DNA of 64,000 bases, taken from assembly GCA_002269645.1 (NCBI GenBank), contig NIVC01002194.1, forward strand, positions 85,349-149,348, given 5' to 3'. A program made the translations under genes and the position numbers. Origin of the DNA: Macrostomum lignano (lineage: Eukaryota). The notes below the pieces were generated by a model. That model was not told the DNA's origin. It searched no databases and saw only the letters and a list, made by a program, of their open reading frames with translations. Positions 24,732-37,285 of this stretch are shown here, piece by piece (position 1 is the first letter of the stretch; each line of letters opens with the position of its first letter).

Positions 24732-27700
24732 ATGAGGCGGCTGAGCCGGAGGCTGCATCGCTGGCGGTGGTGGCTGTTGCTGCTGAGTCTGAGAAGGATG
24801 ATGATGCGTCGAAGAGGCAAATCCACTAGACTCCATCAGACTTTGCACTGCATTGGTCACAGCGTTAACCGCGGCGGATGTCTCCTGAGCACCAGCCGGT
24901 GTCATTATTGGCGAGCCGGTGTAGTGCTCAGCTGAGACATGCTGCGGCTGTTGCTGCTGCTGTAGGCTAGCCGGCGGTTCAAGCACCAGAGGCTCTAAAG
25001 CGGCAGTGCTAACGGTTGTAGCCGCAGAGCTAGTACTACTGACAGTAGTAGCAGCAGCGGCTACTGTCGGTGCAGCAACACTACTAGCGGCTGTATTAGC
25101 CGGCAGATCTTTGAGCAGATGCTCAGGCCGAGTCTGCCTGACATCTTTAACATTAAAAGTGGTAGACATAATAGTACCAGTCTGGTTCAGCTCCCACTGA
25201 GCGTCGGACACCAGCGGATAAGACTGCCACTTGCCCGGCACCGCGTACAGACTGAGCGGGTTGCAGTTACACCGCGTCAGCCGACTCTCCCATGTACGCT
25301 TGGCGCCTTCGACTGGATCGTCAATAGCAACGGAATCTGAGGCATTAGCAACCGCGTTAGAATCGGGGCCCAGGCACAGTTTAGTAAAGGCCAACTGAGG
25401 TAGCAGAGAATTAACCTGCTCAAAGCTGTCCGAATCTCTGTAGATAACCAAAACCGAAGCGAAATCCACTACTAGCTGCTCCGGCGGCTGCACATTCAAC
25501 TGCTTCAATTCTGTTGGCAAGAAGTCGAAGAAAAACTCGCGCAATTGAGACAACTGATGGCTGTCCTGTACGCGATAGCGCTGCGACGGCTTCTGTTTAA
25601 TGTCGTCGCATTGGGTGTTGATCTTCTCCTGGTTGCGGCCTTGGATGCGAAGAATTGGGCAGGTCTGAAGAAAAGGAAGCGAATGGTATTTTTTTGAGTC
25701 AGTCAGGTGAGGAGGCTTTGTGCACCCCACACGTACTAAAATAACTAGATGGGCTAATCAGCAAATTTTCGCGTAAGCTACTTTCAGTTCAGTAGTAAGT
25801 TAAACTGAAGCATATATTTGTTAAAGACAAGGCTCGTTTATTGGCTCTTACCAAGGATAAAGACAGTCAGACTGGCGCTAAAGCATGCTTAAATTTTGAC
25901 CCGCAAATCCCCTCCTTCATGCTCATTGGCTGGAGGGTTTCAAATACACTAGGAAGATATATAACAACCTTACAAACACACACCTACATTTATCTCTCTA
26001 CCCACTACGGCTCGCGAGTCCTCCCGTCCTAGCTTGTTTTCTAACACCAGGCAATGTAAATAGGTAGGTCGGTATAGCAAGTGAGCTAAAAATAGCAGCC
26101 AATGAGCTGGAAGCAGGGGTTTTGCGAGTCACATTTTGGCATATTCAACCCTTTAAGTGGAGTGGGGAGTAGTTTGACAATCCAGTTGTTATATCCTTGG
26201 CCCTTACCACCCTCAGCTTAAACCCTCAAACTCCGCACAGAACTTCTACCCCTGCCCCGCCAATCAATTTTTATTATCTTTTTTCGGTTGTTCCAGCCTA
26301 AAGCTGCCGGCCATGTACATTTCAGTGGCTAATGTACATTATGGTTGAACCAATTAGCAAGCTTGTGTTGGCTTCTAAACGTATTAAAGTCATTTCAGAT
26401 GCTTACTAGCAATCTACGCCCCCCGTTGGGGAGCTAAAGAAATGAAATACACGTTTTTTAATAAGCTACATGTAGCCTTGAAATCCTAAAAAATCTCCTG
26501 TCAAACTTCTAATAGCCCTAACCCCAACCCTAAACATAACCCTAAATTTAATATTTTGTCCATGAGTTTTTGCATGATGCTTCTATGATTTTTTGCATGA
26601 CGCTTCCATGATTTTTGCATGACGCTTCTATGATAAACATTTTTAATAAGCTACATGAGCTAAGTTATAAGCTACCCTAACCCTAGCACTAACCCGAATC
26701 TTAACGCTATAACCCTAACCCTAACCATATACCCTAACACCAACGCTAACACTAACCCTACAGCCTGACATCTGCATAAGTTTGTGAAGCGCTAGTAGTA
26801 TTTTTTTAGCTTAGTATCTTAGCGTTGGGGAGCCAAAAAATGCAGTACAAGTTTTGTAATAAGCTACATGTAGCATCACTTTGCAATATCTCTCTGCAAT
26901 ATTTGCATCTCTTTGCAATAATATACTGCTTTGCAAGCAGTCCCTTGTAAGCCTTGACATGTCAGTAATTCCCCCCCCCACAAGCTTTAACATTTCAACT
27001 TCCTCTTGACATCTCAGCGATGCTCCCCAAAAGCCATGAAATCTAAAAAAATCTGTCAACTTTCTAACCCTAACCCTAACCCTAACCTAACATAACCCTA
27101 AAGCATTGACATTTCAGTAATTCTCTCTAAGAGTCATTATAGCACTACTACAGCATTATAGCGATTCCCTGCAAGCCTCGACATCGTAGGGATTCCCAAA
27201 TGAATCTCTTAACTTCGACATGAAGCTTCTTATTTTTTACATTACGCTTTTTCTATCAGCGATCCCTCCCGTGAGGAGCCAACAAATAATGAAATAAAGT
27301 TTTCAATAAACTACATGTAGCTTCTGACTTTAGCCTTGACATCTCATTTATTCCCCCATGAGCCTTGACATCTCAGCTATTCCCCTCGTAAGCCTTGAAA
27401 TGTCAGCAATGCCCCCCATAAACCTTGATATCTGAAAAATCCCCTGTTAACCTTGAAACCCGCTAAAATCTAACTCTCAACCCACACCGGAACTAAACCT
27501 AACTTTAACCCAACCTAAAGCCTTGAAATCTCAACAATTCTTCTCCCTTAAGCCTTGACATTTTAGTGATTCCTTCTTTAAGAATCACAGCACTATAGCG
27601 ATTCCCTCCAAGCCTTGACATCGTAGCAATTCCCAAATGAATCTTTTAACTTCGACATGACTCTTCTTTTATGTATACATAGTGCTTCTTTTCTTTTTTA

Positions 27701-30700
27701 CATGACTCTTCTTCTATCAGCGCCCCCCCCCGTGGCGAGCCAACAAAGAAGGTAATAAAAAAATTGAGTAAACTACATGTACTTTGAAGTAGCTTCTGAC
27801 TTTTGCTTTGACATCTCAGAAACCCCCCCCCCCCCCGTAATCTCAGTTATTCTCCGTGAGCCTTGACATCTCAGTAATTCTCCCCAGCACAGCACAATAG
27901 CTTCATTTAATTTTTACATGACACTTCTTTCATGTCTGACATGACGCTTCTTTTGATTTTTACATGACGCTTCTTTTGATTTTTACATGACGGTTCTATG
28001 ATTTCTTAAATGACACTTCCATTAGTTTTTATATAAGGCTTCTATGATCTTTTACATGACGCTTCTATGATTTTTTACATGACGCTTCTATGCTTTTTGA
28101 CATGACGCTTTTATGATTTTTTACATGACGCTTCTATGATTGTTTACATGACGCTTCTATGATTGTTTACATGACGCTTCTATGATTGTTTACATGACGC
28201 TTCTATGATGTTTTAAATGACCCTTCTATGATTTTTTACATGACGCTTCTATGATTGTTTACATGACGCTTCTATGATTTTTTACATGACGCTTGTATGA
28301 TTTTTTTTAAATGACGCTTCTATGATTTTTTAAATGACGCTTCTACGATTTTTTACATGACGCTTTTATGATTGTTTACATGACGCTTCTATGATTGTTT
28401 ACATGACGCTTCTATGATTGTTTACATGACGCTTCTATGCTTTTTTACATGACGCTTCTATGATTTTTTTAAATGACGCTTCTATGATTTTTTACATGAC
28501 GCTTCTATGATTGTTTACATGACGCTTGTATGATTTTTTTGCATGACGCTTCTATGATTTTTTACATGACGCTTTTATGATTGTTTACAGGACGCTTCTA
28601 TGATTGTTTACATGACGCTTCTATGACTTTTTTACATGACGCTTCTATGATTTTTTTAAATGACGCTTCTATGATTTTTAAATGACGCTTCTACGATTTT
28701 TACATGACGCTTCTATGATTTTTTACATGACGCTTCTATGATTTTTTTTACATGACGCTTCTATGATTTTTTAAATGACGCATCTATGATTTTTATATGA
28801 CGCTTCTACGATTGTTTACATGACGCTTCTATGATTATTTACATGACGCTTCGATTTTTTTACATGACGCTTCTATGATTGTTTACATGACGCTTCTATG
28901 ATTGTTTACATGACGCTTTTATGATTTTTTACATGACGCTTCTATGATTTTTTACATGACGCTTCTATGATTTTTTACATGACGCTTCTATGATTTTTTA
29001 CATGACGCTTCTATGATTTTTTACATGACGCTTCTATGATTTTTTACATGACGCTTCTATGATTGTTTACATGACGCTTCTATGATTGTTTACATGACGC
29101 TTCTATGATTTTTTAAATGACGCTTCTATGATTGTTTACATGACGCTTCTATGATTTTTATATGACGCTACTACGATTTTTTTACATGACGCTCTTATGA
29201 TTTTTTACATGACGCTTCTATGATTTTTTACATGACGCTTCTATGATTTTTTACATGACGCTTCTATGATTTTTTACATGACGCTTCTATGATTTTTTAC
29301 ATGACGCTTCTATGATTGTTTACATGACGCTTCTATGATTTTTTACATGACGCTTCTATGATTGTTTACATGACGCTTCTATGATTTTTTAGAATGATTT
29401 TTATATGACGCTACTACGATTTTTTTACATGACGCTTTTATGATTTTTTACATGACGCTTCTATGATTTTTTACATGACGCTTCTATGATTCATTATATG
29501 ACGCTTCTTTTTAAAAATTCTTTTAGTTTTCCTGACGTTGAAAAGCTTTAATTAAAAAAATCATACTCTATGAAAATTCGAACCATCGTCGCTGCATTTA
29601 GCAGTTCAGTCTGTTCACCTCTAGGCCAGCTCTCATCGTTTTGATAACATCAAATTTTGCACTTATATAATTCAACACTTTAAAATCCAAGCATAGAGTA
29701 AATCACACGAAGCAGTTATGACATAATCAGTTTCTCAGTCAGTCAGTATCAGTTAACAATATGGTTACGCAATTTAAATCAAGTCTGGTGCTACGCTTCC
29801 ACACTGCATTTTCAATTCAAGTCGGAGTTACAATTCAGTTATGATGCAATCTATTTCAGAGTCAGAATTCAACCAGTCAGTTTTTTCTCTAGCATTCTTA
29901 CAATGCATTTCAAGTCGAAAAGTTTGCTTGACCTTTGCAAAAAAGCATGTTTTTCGAGTATTTAATGCCTTTAGCATCGAGCAATTTCTTAGCCAAGACA
30001 CATGTACCGTCACGGGAAAATTTCTGATCGAACAGTGCAAGTCTCATGAAAATCGGTTAAGCCATTTTTTCTCTAATCGATTACTTATAAAATCGGATAA
30101 AATCGGATATTCTTATAAAATAGCTTATGTTTTCTTTATTGCTACTGAACTGAAAGTAGAAAGTTGTGTTACTAAGTATATACGCTTGAGTGGCCCATCC
30201 AGTTATTATTATTTTACTATCTGTGGTGCACCCTACGCTTTAATAGACACTGTAAAGAACTTTTACCCAGACACGGCCATTATCAGACCATTCAGCGACC
30301 CCGACAGCAGAATTTTCCATTTGATAAGAACAAATATATAAATACTACCATGGCTTTATCTAAACTAATTAAAATTCATGACTAAGCTGAGTCGCCTATT
30401 ATTGTCTTATCTGATTGTCAATTTAACTATCCCTCGACACAAGTAATCAATGTACATCATACTCTCTGCCTAAGTGACCAATCAGTTCACCCACCCCATC
30501 CCTTGTACTCATGCTTTGGTCATTATTCAACTCCGCAACATGCTACACAATCTAAAATTGTGTCACACAGCCGGTGAGAGGCATTGCCACAAGTGCGCGG
30601 ATACGTACGCAGTCATACGCACATACATGTACACTTAACTGTGCCTTGGGGGTTGGGCCTCAAGGGCGTTAATTGCACGAGCAGAGCCAAGCCAAGATTT

Positions 30701-33700
30701 TAATTAGCTCCCGACTAGCGAAGGGGGCAACGAAGAAACTAATGTAAACTACATGTAGGCAGTCTTCAAAGCTATCTATCTAGCCTAAGCTATCAGCATC
30801 CTCTGTGAGCTTTGGCATCAAAGCCTTCCTTCAAACCATGGCTTAACCCTAACTTTCCCTTTCCCTCTAATCTACCTTTGGCTTAAGCCTATCAACAACT
30901 TACAATTGACATTGGCATCTCAGCAACATTCCTTCATGAGCCACAGCATTTCAGCAATTCCCCTAAGAGCCACAGCATTTCAGCAATCCCCTAAGAGCCA
31001 CAGCATTTTAGCAATTCCCCTAAGAGCCACAGCATTTCAGCAATTCCCCTAAGAGCCACAGCATTTCAGCAATTCCCCTAAGAGCCACAGCATTTCAGCA
31101 ATTCCCCTAAGAGCCACAGCATTTCAGCAATTCCCCTAAGAGCCACAGCATTTCAGCAATCCCCTAAGAGCCACAGCATTTCAGCAATTCCCCTAAGAGC
31201 CACAGCATTTCAGCAATTCCCCTAAGAGCCACAGCATTTCAGCAATTCCCCTAAGAGCCACAGCATTTCATCAATCCCTAAGAGCCACAGTATTTCAGCA
31301 ATCCCACTACCGAGCCTTGACATCTCAGCATCTTGGCATCACATATCCATTGGTACTGATTGAAATGGGGCAGTTACAGATTCCTGAAAATGCAAACAGC
31401 CACCTACCTTCTTCTTCAAGCGGTCTCCATCAACTTTAAATATCACTGACTTGGCCTTAATCGCTTCAGACCATTCCTCGGCGGTGACCCGGTTCTGGCT
31501 GAGGTGATGCAAAAAATTGTAGGCCTTCTCTAAATTGGCTTCGTCCTTCAGTTCGGATAAAGTGCAGACATAGGCCCACACTGTTGGAATAGTCAAAGCT
31601 ATGTGGGTGTACATCAGGATCCGTTCGACACGATCCTCTTTTGACAATTGGCTATCATCGCAGTCCAATTTCAGCATTAGCTTGTTGATGTGCTCCAGAG
31701 CTTGGTTGGTGCTGTGCGGCTTATTAGTAGTTAACCGACGCTGCTGTTGCTGTTGCTGCTGTTGTTGCTGCTGCTGCTGCGCCTGCTCAGCCACAGCTGC
31801 CGCAGAAGCGGGGGCCGGAACAATTGGCACATTGCTGGCAAGTTTAACACCTCCAGCCGCTGAGGATGATGCATTGGAATCGAGCATTAAAGCAGGTTCA
31901 ATTGCAGCACCATTGCCAGGCGCCTGCTGCTGCTGATGTTGCTGCTGCTGCTGCTGATGTTGCTGCTGCTGCTGTTGCTGCAGCTGATGCAGATGATGCT
32001 GATGCAGCTGATGCTGATGATTCAATGAGACGGCAGGCACTGACTGCGGATGCTGTGGCAGGTAGCCGCTAGCTGTGGTGTACATATCCGGTGTGGCGTA
32101 CATGTAAGCTGCGGCTCCGGACTGGGAGCTGACAGGTACAGCTCCGCTTGTACCCGGATGGTGATGGTGCTGAGCGGCTGCAGGCGGATAGGCCTGATAG
32201 TATTGATAATGGTGCTGGTGATCCTGCTCTTGCATGCCTAGAAGCATCTGCTGATGCTGCTGTTGCTGCTGTTGCTGTTGCTGCTGCTGCTCCTGGGAGA
32301 GAGCAGCGGCTGACATGTCCTGATGCGGCGGTAGCAGGTGATACGGGTGATACACCAGATTGCTGAATGGGATTGGCACCTGTGGGGAAGAATAAACGGG
32401 AAAAAACTTTGTGGGCATCTGTAAGGATTTTACAGAAACATTTAATTGCTATCGAAAAGTACTGGATTGTTTGCGTTCTGGGAATTTATGGGATTGAGAC
32501 ATGAAAAAAGCAGCAAAAAAGTAACAAGCAGATAATTTTTTTGCTCAACCTGGTTGTCCATTGGAAAGGAAAGTGTTGCAGGGTATTTTAGTTGAAACAA
32601 TCAACACTTGCTGTCAGAATTGGCTGTTACCAGATACATTTCAATGTCATCCGGTTGTCAATAGCAGCAGACCCTAATCAGCCCCGTTGTCAATAGCAAG
32701 AAATCCTAACCCAGTTGTCAATAGCAACAAATCCCAGTCAGCCCGGTTGTCAATAGCAACAAATCCCAATCAGCCCAGTTGTCAATAGCAACAGCTATCA
32801 ATCAGCCCAGTTGTCAATAGCAACAAATCCCAATCAGCCCAGTTGTCAATAGCAACAGCTATCAATCAGCCCAGTTGTCAATAGTAACAAATCCCAATCA
32901 GCCCAGTTGTCAATAGCAACAAATCCCAATCAGCCCAGTTGCCAATAGCAACAAATCCCAATCAGCCCAGTTGCCAATAGCAACAAATCCCAATCAGCCC
33001 AGTTGCCAATAGCAACAAATCCCAATCAGCCCAGTTGTCAATAGCAACAGCTATCAATCAGCCCAGTTGTCAATAGTAACAAATCCTAATCGAATTGGAC
33101 GTACTGTCCTATTAAATAGAAGTTGTTTCAAATAAAAAACATTTCGACGCAATGAAATCAAAGCTCCATGCCGCCCCTTCTACCAAAATTTGAGCTGCGC
33201 GCGGCGTGTGACGCAAAGCAAAGAGAACAATATTGATTTCCTAATCGAAAATTGTCAAAGATGTGCACCGATTTGAATAAAATTGGCTAACAAAGCAAAG
33301 AAATTCAACTAATTTAACTATTAGCTGCTATTATTCAGTGTTGATTTTGTTTGTGTATTTCTATTGTTCTAAATTCTAAGCATTGTAGGCGTGTGTTGTC
33401 ATGCAGTCAGCAAGCCGAGTAAAGAGAGCACATTTATAACGCTTGATAGAAAACTAGGTTCACATAAATACTGTGTGCTCTGAATTAATCTGGGAGAAAC
33501 AGGATAGTTTTAAAAACTTTTCTTCCTTCCATCTTCATCACTAAATCTTAATTGTTCCTGGTGAACCTACCTTAACGAAGGACATCTGGAAGTGTTAGTT
33601 TTGAATAGAATATTAAATAACATTCCATCGTATGCATAACTTGGAAATAGTGTACACAACACAGCGCCTATATGACAGAACTGATAGCATTAGTGAGTTA

Positions 33701-34640
33701 AATGAGATAAATATTATTTACCGTGACTAACATAGTAATTATACAGTGATAGTCTGTGATAGCAGTCTGTGATAGTAATCATGTCATTTTAGAGGCCCGG
33801 CAACTAAGCCTCTGGAAGGCTGGCCCAGCAACTGAGGATCTGGGAGGCTGGCCCAGCAACTGAGGATCTGGGAGGCTGGCTCAGCAACTGAGGATCTGGG
33901 AGCTGCTCCAGCAACTGAGGATCTGGGAGGCTGGCTCAGCAACTGAGGATCTGGGAGCTGCTCCAGCAACTGAGGATCTGGGAGGCTGGCCCAGCAACTG
34001 AGGATCTGGGAGGCTGTCTCAGCAACTGAGGATCTGGCAGCTGCTCCAGCAACTGAGGATCTGGGAGGCAGGCCCAGCAACTGAGGATCTGGGAGGCTGG
34101 CCCAGCAACTGAGGATCTGGGAGGCTGGCTCAGCAACTGAGGATCTGGGAGGCTGGCTCAGCAACTGAGGATCTGGGAGCTGCTCCAGCAACTGAGGATC
34201 TGGGAGGCTGGCTCAGCAACTGAGGATCTGGGAGCTGCTCCAGCAACTGAGGATCTGGGAGGCTGGCTCAGCAACTGAGGATCTGGGAGCTGCTCCAGCA
34301 ACTGAGGATCTGGGAGGCTGGCTCAGCAACTGAGGATCTGGGAGCTGCTCCAGCAACTGAGGATCCCGGATGCTAGTTGCCTAGTAGATGAGTATCTGGG
34401 AGTTTGATGACCAAAAAGGACCGCTAATACAGACAAAACTGAAATTTCAGCCATAATACTCGTAAACTAGTAATACAAAAAGATAGGTACGAAGTAAATA
34501 GTCATAAAAGTACACGAGAAACTTACCTGGCTAACAGCAGGAGAATGCGGGAAGTGGCTGCTATTGGCGATAAACGACTGATAATAGGCTGCATCGGCTG
34601 GGTAGCCTTGCAGTTGCGGGTGCAGGTGCGACTGGTTCAT
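22968..34640 (-). CDS. About 1260-aa Q/H/P-rich, RGG-containing putative RNA-binding protein; possibly a divergent La-related protein (LARP4-like)
   Basis: Three coding exons 34640-34527 (MNQSHLHPQLQGY...AVSQ), 32379-31408 and 25664-22968, all phase 0, GT-AG. The gene model is well supported. The family call rests on weak by-eye similarity: EANLEKAYNFLHHL...SEAIKAKSVIFKVDGDRL (La-motif-like), CPILRIQG...VLVIYRDSDSFEQVNSLL (RRM-like), EFHLKENDFPEI, SYAAALKK and RGG/GY tracts. Confidence 0.75.
26410..27900. repeat. Degenerate tandem modules (about 400-460 bp) with a GC-rich run, CTACATGTAG palindrome and TAACCC runs; probable transposon-derived
   Basis: Module cgccccccgt(t/g)g(g/c)gagc...aa(g/a)ctacatgta recurs near 26416, 26820, 27258 and 27720. 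Confidence 0.55.
27905..29495. repeat. 21-22-bp satellite (acatgacgcttctatgattttt)n in intron 2 of the Q-rich gene
   Basis: About 70 copies with a variable T-run. Confidence 0.95.
30558..30710 (-). repeat. Dispersed repeat family copy 3 (partial, inverted; see 634-1138)
   Basis: Reverse complement matches gcgtacgtatccg, gtgtacat, gtgcaattaacg and ttggctctgct blocks of 634-1138. Confidence 0.6.
30938..31300. repeat. 29-bp minisatellite (gagccacagcatttcagcaattcccctaa)n
   Basis: About 12 copies ending about 100 bp from the exon donor at 31407. Confidence 0.93.
32650..33090. repeat. 32-bp minisatellite (cagcccagttgtcaatagcaacaaatcccaat)n
   Basis: About 13 copies; period 32 (32899, 32931). Confidence 0.92.
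33820..34365. repeat. 27/28-bp minisatellite (cagcaactgaggatctgggaggctggct)n
   Basis: About 20 copies, with alternating 28/27 units at the 3' end. Confidence 0.93.
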
Positions 34641-34724
34641 TGTCGAGCTGCAATGTTTGAGTATTTAGCAAGTTTAAGACAGACTGATCCAAATATAACT
34701 TAGACAATTCGTATTGTATCTTTG

Positions 34725-37285
34725 CTGAATGGTGAGAGTTGATTGATGAATGGTGAGAGTTGATTGATGAATGGTGAGAGTTGATTGCTGAATGGTGAGA
34801 TTTGATTGATGAATTGTGAGAGTTGATTGATGAATGGTGAGAGTTGATTGCTGAATGGTGAGATTTTATTGCTGTATGGTGAGAGTTGATTGCTGAATGG
34901 TGAGAGTTGATTGATGAATGGTGAGAGTTGATTGCTGAATGGTGAGATTTTATTGCTGTATGGTGAGAGTTGATTGCTGAATGGTGAGAGTTGATTGCTG
35001 AATGGTGAGATTTGATTGCTGAATGGTGAGAGTTGATTGCTGAATGGTGAGAGTTGATTGATGTATGGTGAGAGTTGATTGATGGTGAGAGTTGATTGAT
35101 GTATGGTGAGAGTTGATTGCTGAATGGTGAGATTTTATTGCTGTATGGTGAGAGTTGATTGCTGAATGGTGAGAGTTGATTGATGTATGGTGAGAGTTGA
35201 TTGCTGAATGGTGAGATTTTATTGCTGTATGGTGAGAGTTGATTGCTGAATGGTGAGAGTTGATTGCTGAATGGTGAGAGTTGATTGATGAATGGTGAGA
35301 GTTGATTGATGAATGGTGAGATTTGATTGCTGAATGGTGAGAGTTGATTGCTGAATGGTGAGAGTTGATTGATGAATTGTGAGAGTTGATTGATGAATGG
35401 TAAGAGTTGATTGCTGAATGGTGAGATTTGATTGATGAATTGTGAGAGTTGATTGATGAATGGTGAGAGTTGATTGCTGAATGGTGAGATTTGATTGATG
35501 AATGGTAAGAGTTGATTGCTGAATGGTGAGATTTGATTGATGAATGGTAAGAGTTGATTGCTGAATGGTGAGATTTGATGGCTGAATGGTGAGAGTTGAT
35601 TGCTGAATGGTGAGAGTTGATTGCTGAATGGTGAGAGTTGATTGATGAATGGTGAGATTTGATTGCTGAATGGTGAGAGTTGATTGCTGAATGGTGAGAT
35701 TTGATTGCTGAATGGTGAGAGTTGATTGCTGAATGGTGAGAGTTGATTGATGAATGGTGAGAGTTGATTGATGTATGGTGAGAGTTGATTGCTGAATGGT
35801 GAGATTTGATTGCTGAATGGTGAGAGTTGATTGCTGAATGGTGAGAGTTGATTGCTGAATGGTGAGAGTTGATTGATGAATGGTGAGAGTTGATTGATGT
35901 ATGGTGAGAGTTGATTGCTGAATGGTGAGATTTGATTGCTGAATGGTGAGAGTTGATTGCTGAATGGTGAGATTTGATTGATGAATGGTGAGAGTTGATT
36001 GATGTATGGTGAGAGTTGATTGCTGAATGGTGAGAGTTGATTGCTGAATGGTGAGATTTGATGGCTGAATGGTGAGATTTGATTGCTGAATGGTGAGAGT
36101 TGATTGATGAATGGTGAGAGTTGATTGATGAATGGTGAGATTTGATTGCTGAATGGTGAGAGTTGATTGCTGAATGGTGAGATTTGATTGCTGAATGGTG
36201 AGAGTTGATTGCTGAATGGTGAGAGTTGATTGATGTATGGTGAGAGTTGATTGCTGAATGGTGATATTTGATTGATGAATTGTGAGAGTTGATTGATGAA
36301 TGGTGAGATTTGATTGCTGAATGGTGAGAGTTGATTGCTGAATGGTGAGAGTTGATTGATGAATGGTGAGAGTTGATTGATGAATGGTAAGAGTTGATTG
36401 CTGAATGGTGAGATTTGATTGATGAATTGTGAGAGTTGATTGATGAATGGTGAGAGTTGATTGCTGAATGGTGAGATTTGATTGCTGAATGGTGAGAGTT
36501 GATTGCTGAATGGTGAGAGTTGATTGATGAATGGTGAGAGTTGATTGATGAATGGTGAGATTTGATTGCTGAATGGTGAGAGTTGATTGCTGAATGGTGA
36601 GATTTGATTGCTGAATGGTGAGAGTTGATTGCTGAATGGTGAGAGTTGATTGATGTATGGTGAGAGTTGATTGCTGAATGGTGATATTTGATTGATTTGT
36701 GAGAGTTGATTGATGAATGGTGAGATTTGATTGCTGAATGGTGAGAGTTGATTGCTGAATGATGAGAGTTGATTGATGAATGGTGAGAGTTGATTGATGA
36801 ATGGTAAGAGTTGATTGCTGAATGGTGAGATTTGATTGATGAATTGTGAGAGTTGATTGATGAATGGTGAGAGTTGATTGCTGAATGGTGAGATTTGATT
36901 GCTGAATGGTGAGAGTTGATTGCTGAATGGTGAGAGTTGATTGATGAATGGTGAGAGTTGATTGCTGAATGGTGAGATTTGATTGATGAATTGTGAGAGT
37001 TGATTGCTGAATGGTGAGAGTTGATTGCTGAATGGTGAGAGTTGATTGATGAATGGTGAGAGTTGATTGCTGAATGGTGAGAGTTGATTGATGTATGGTG
37101 AGAGTTGATTGCTGAATGGTGAGATTTGATTGATGTATGGTGAGAGTTGATTGCTGAATGGTGAGATTTGATTGCTGAATGGTGAGAGTTGATTGCTGAA
37201 TGGTGAGAGTTGATTGATGAATGGTGAGAGTTGATTGATGTATGGTGAGAGTTGATTGCTGAATGGTGAGAGTTGATTGCTGAAA
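34725..37285. repeat. 21-bp satellite (gctgaatggtgagagttgatt)n, about 120 copies, with a 420-bp higher-order duplication
   Basis: Direct periodicity; lines 36121/36541 and 36181/36601 are identical. Confidence 0.97.

Noticed and set aside
22868-25340. Multiple plus-strand ORFs overlapping the Q-rich exon
   Set aside because: Antisense shadows of a GC-rich, CAG-repeat coding exon (poly-L/A/C translations).
29841-30341. 166-aa ORF in intron 2 of the Q-rich gene
   Set aside because: AT-rich, no recognisable motifs, antisense within an intron; likely chance or decayed TE sequence.
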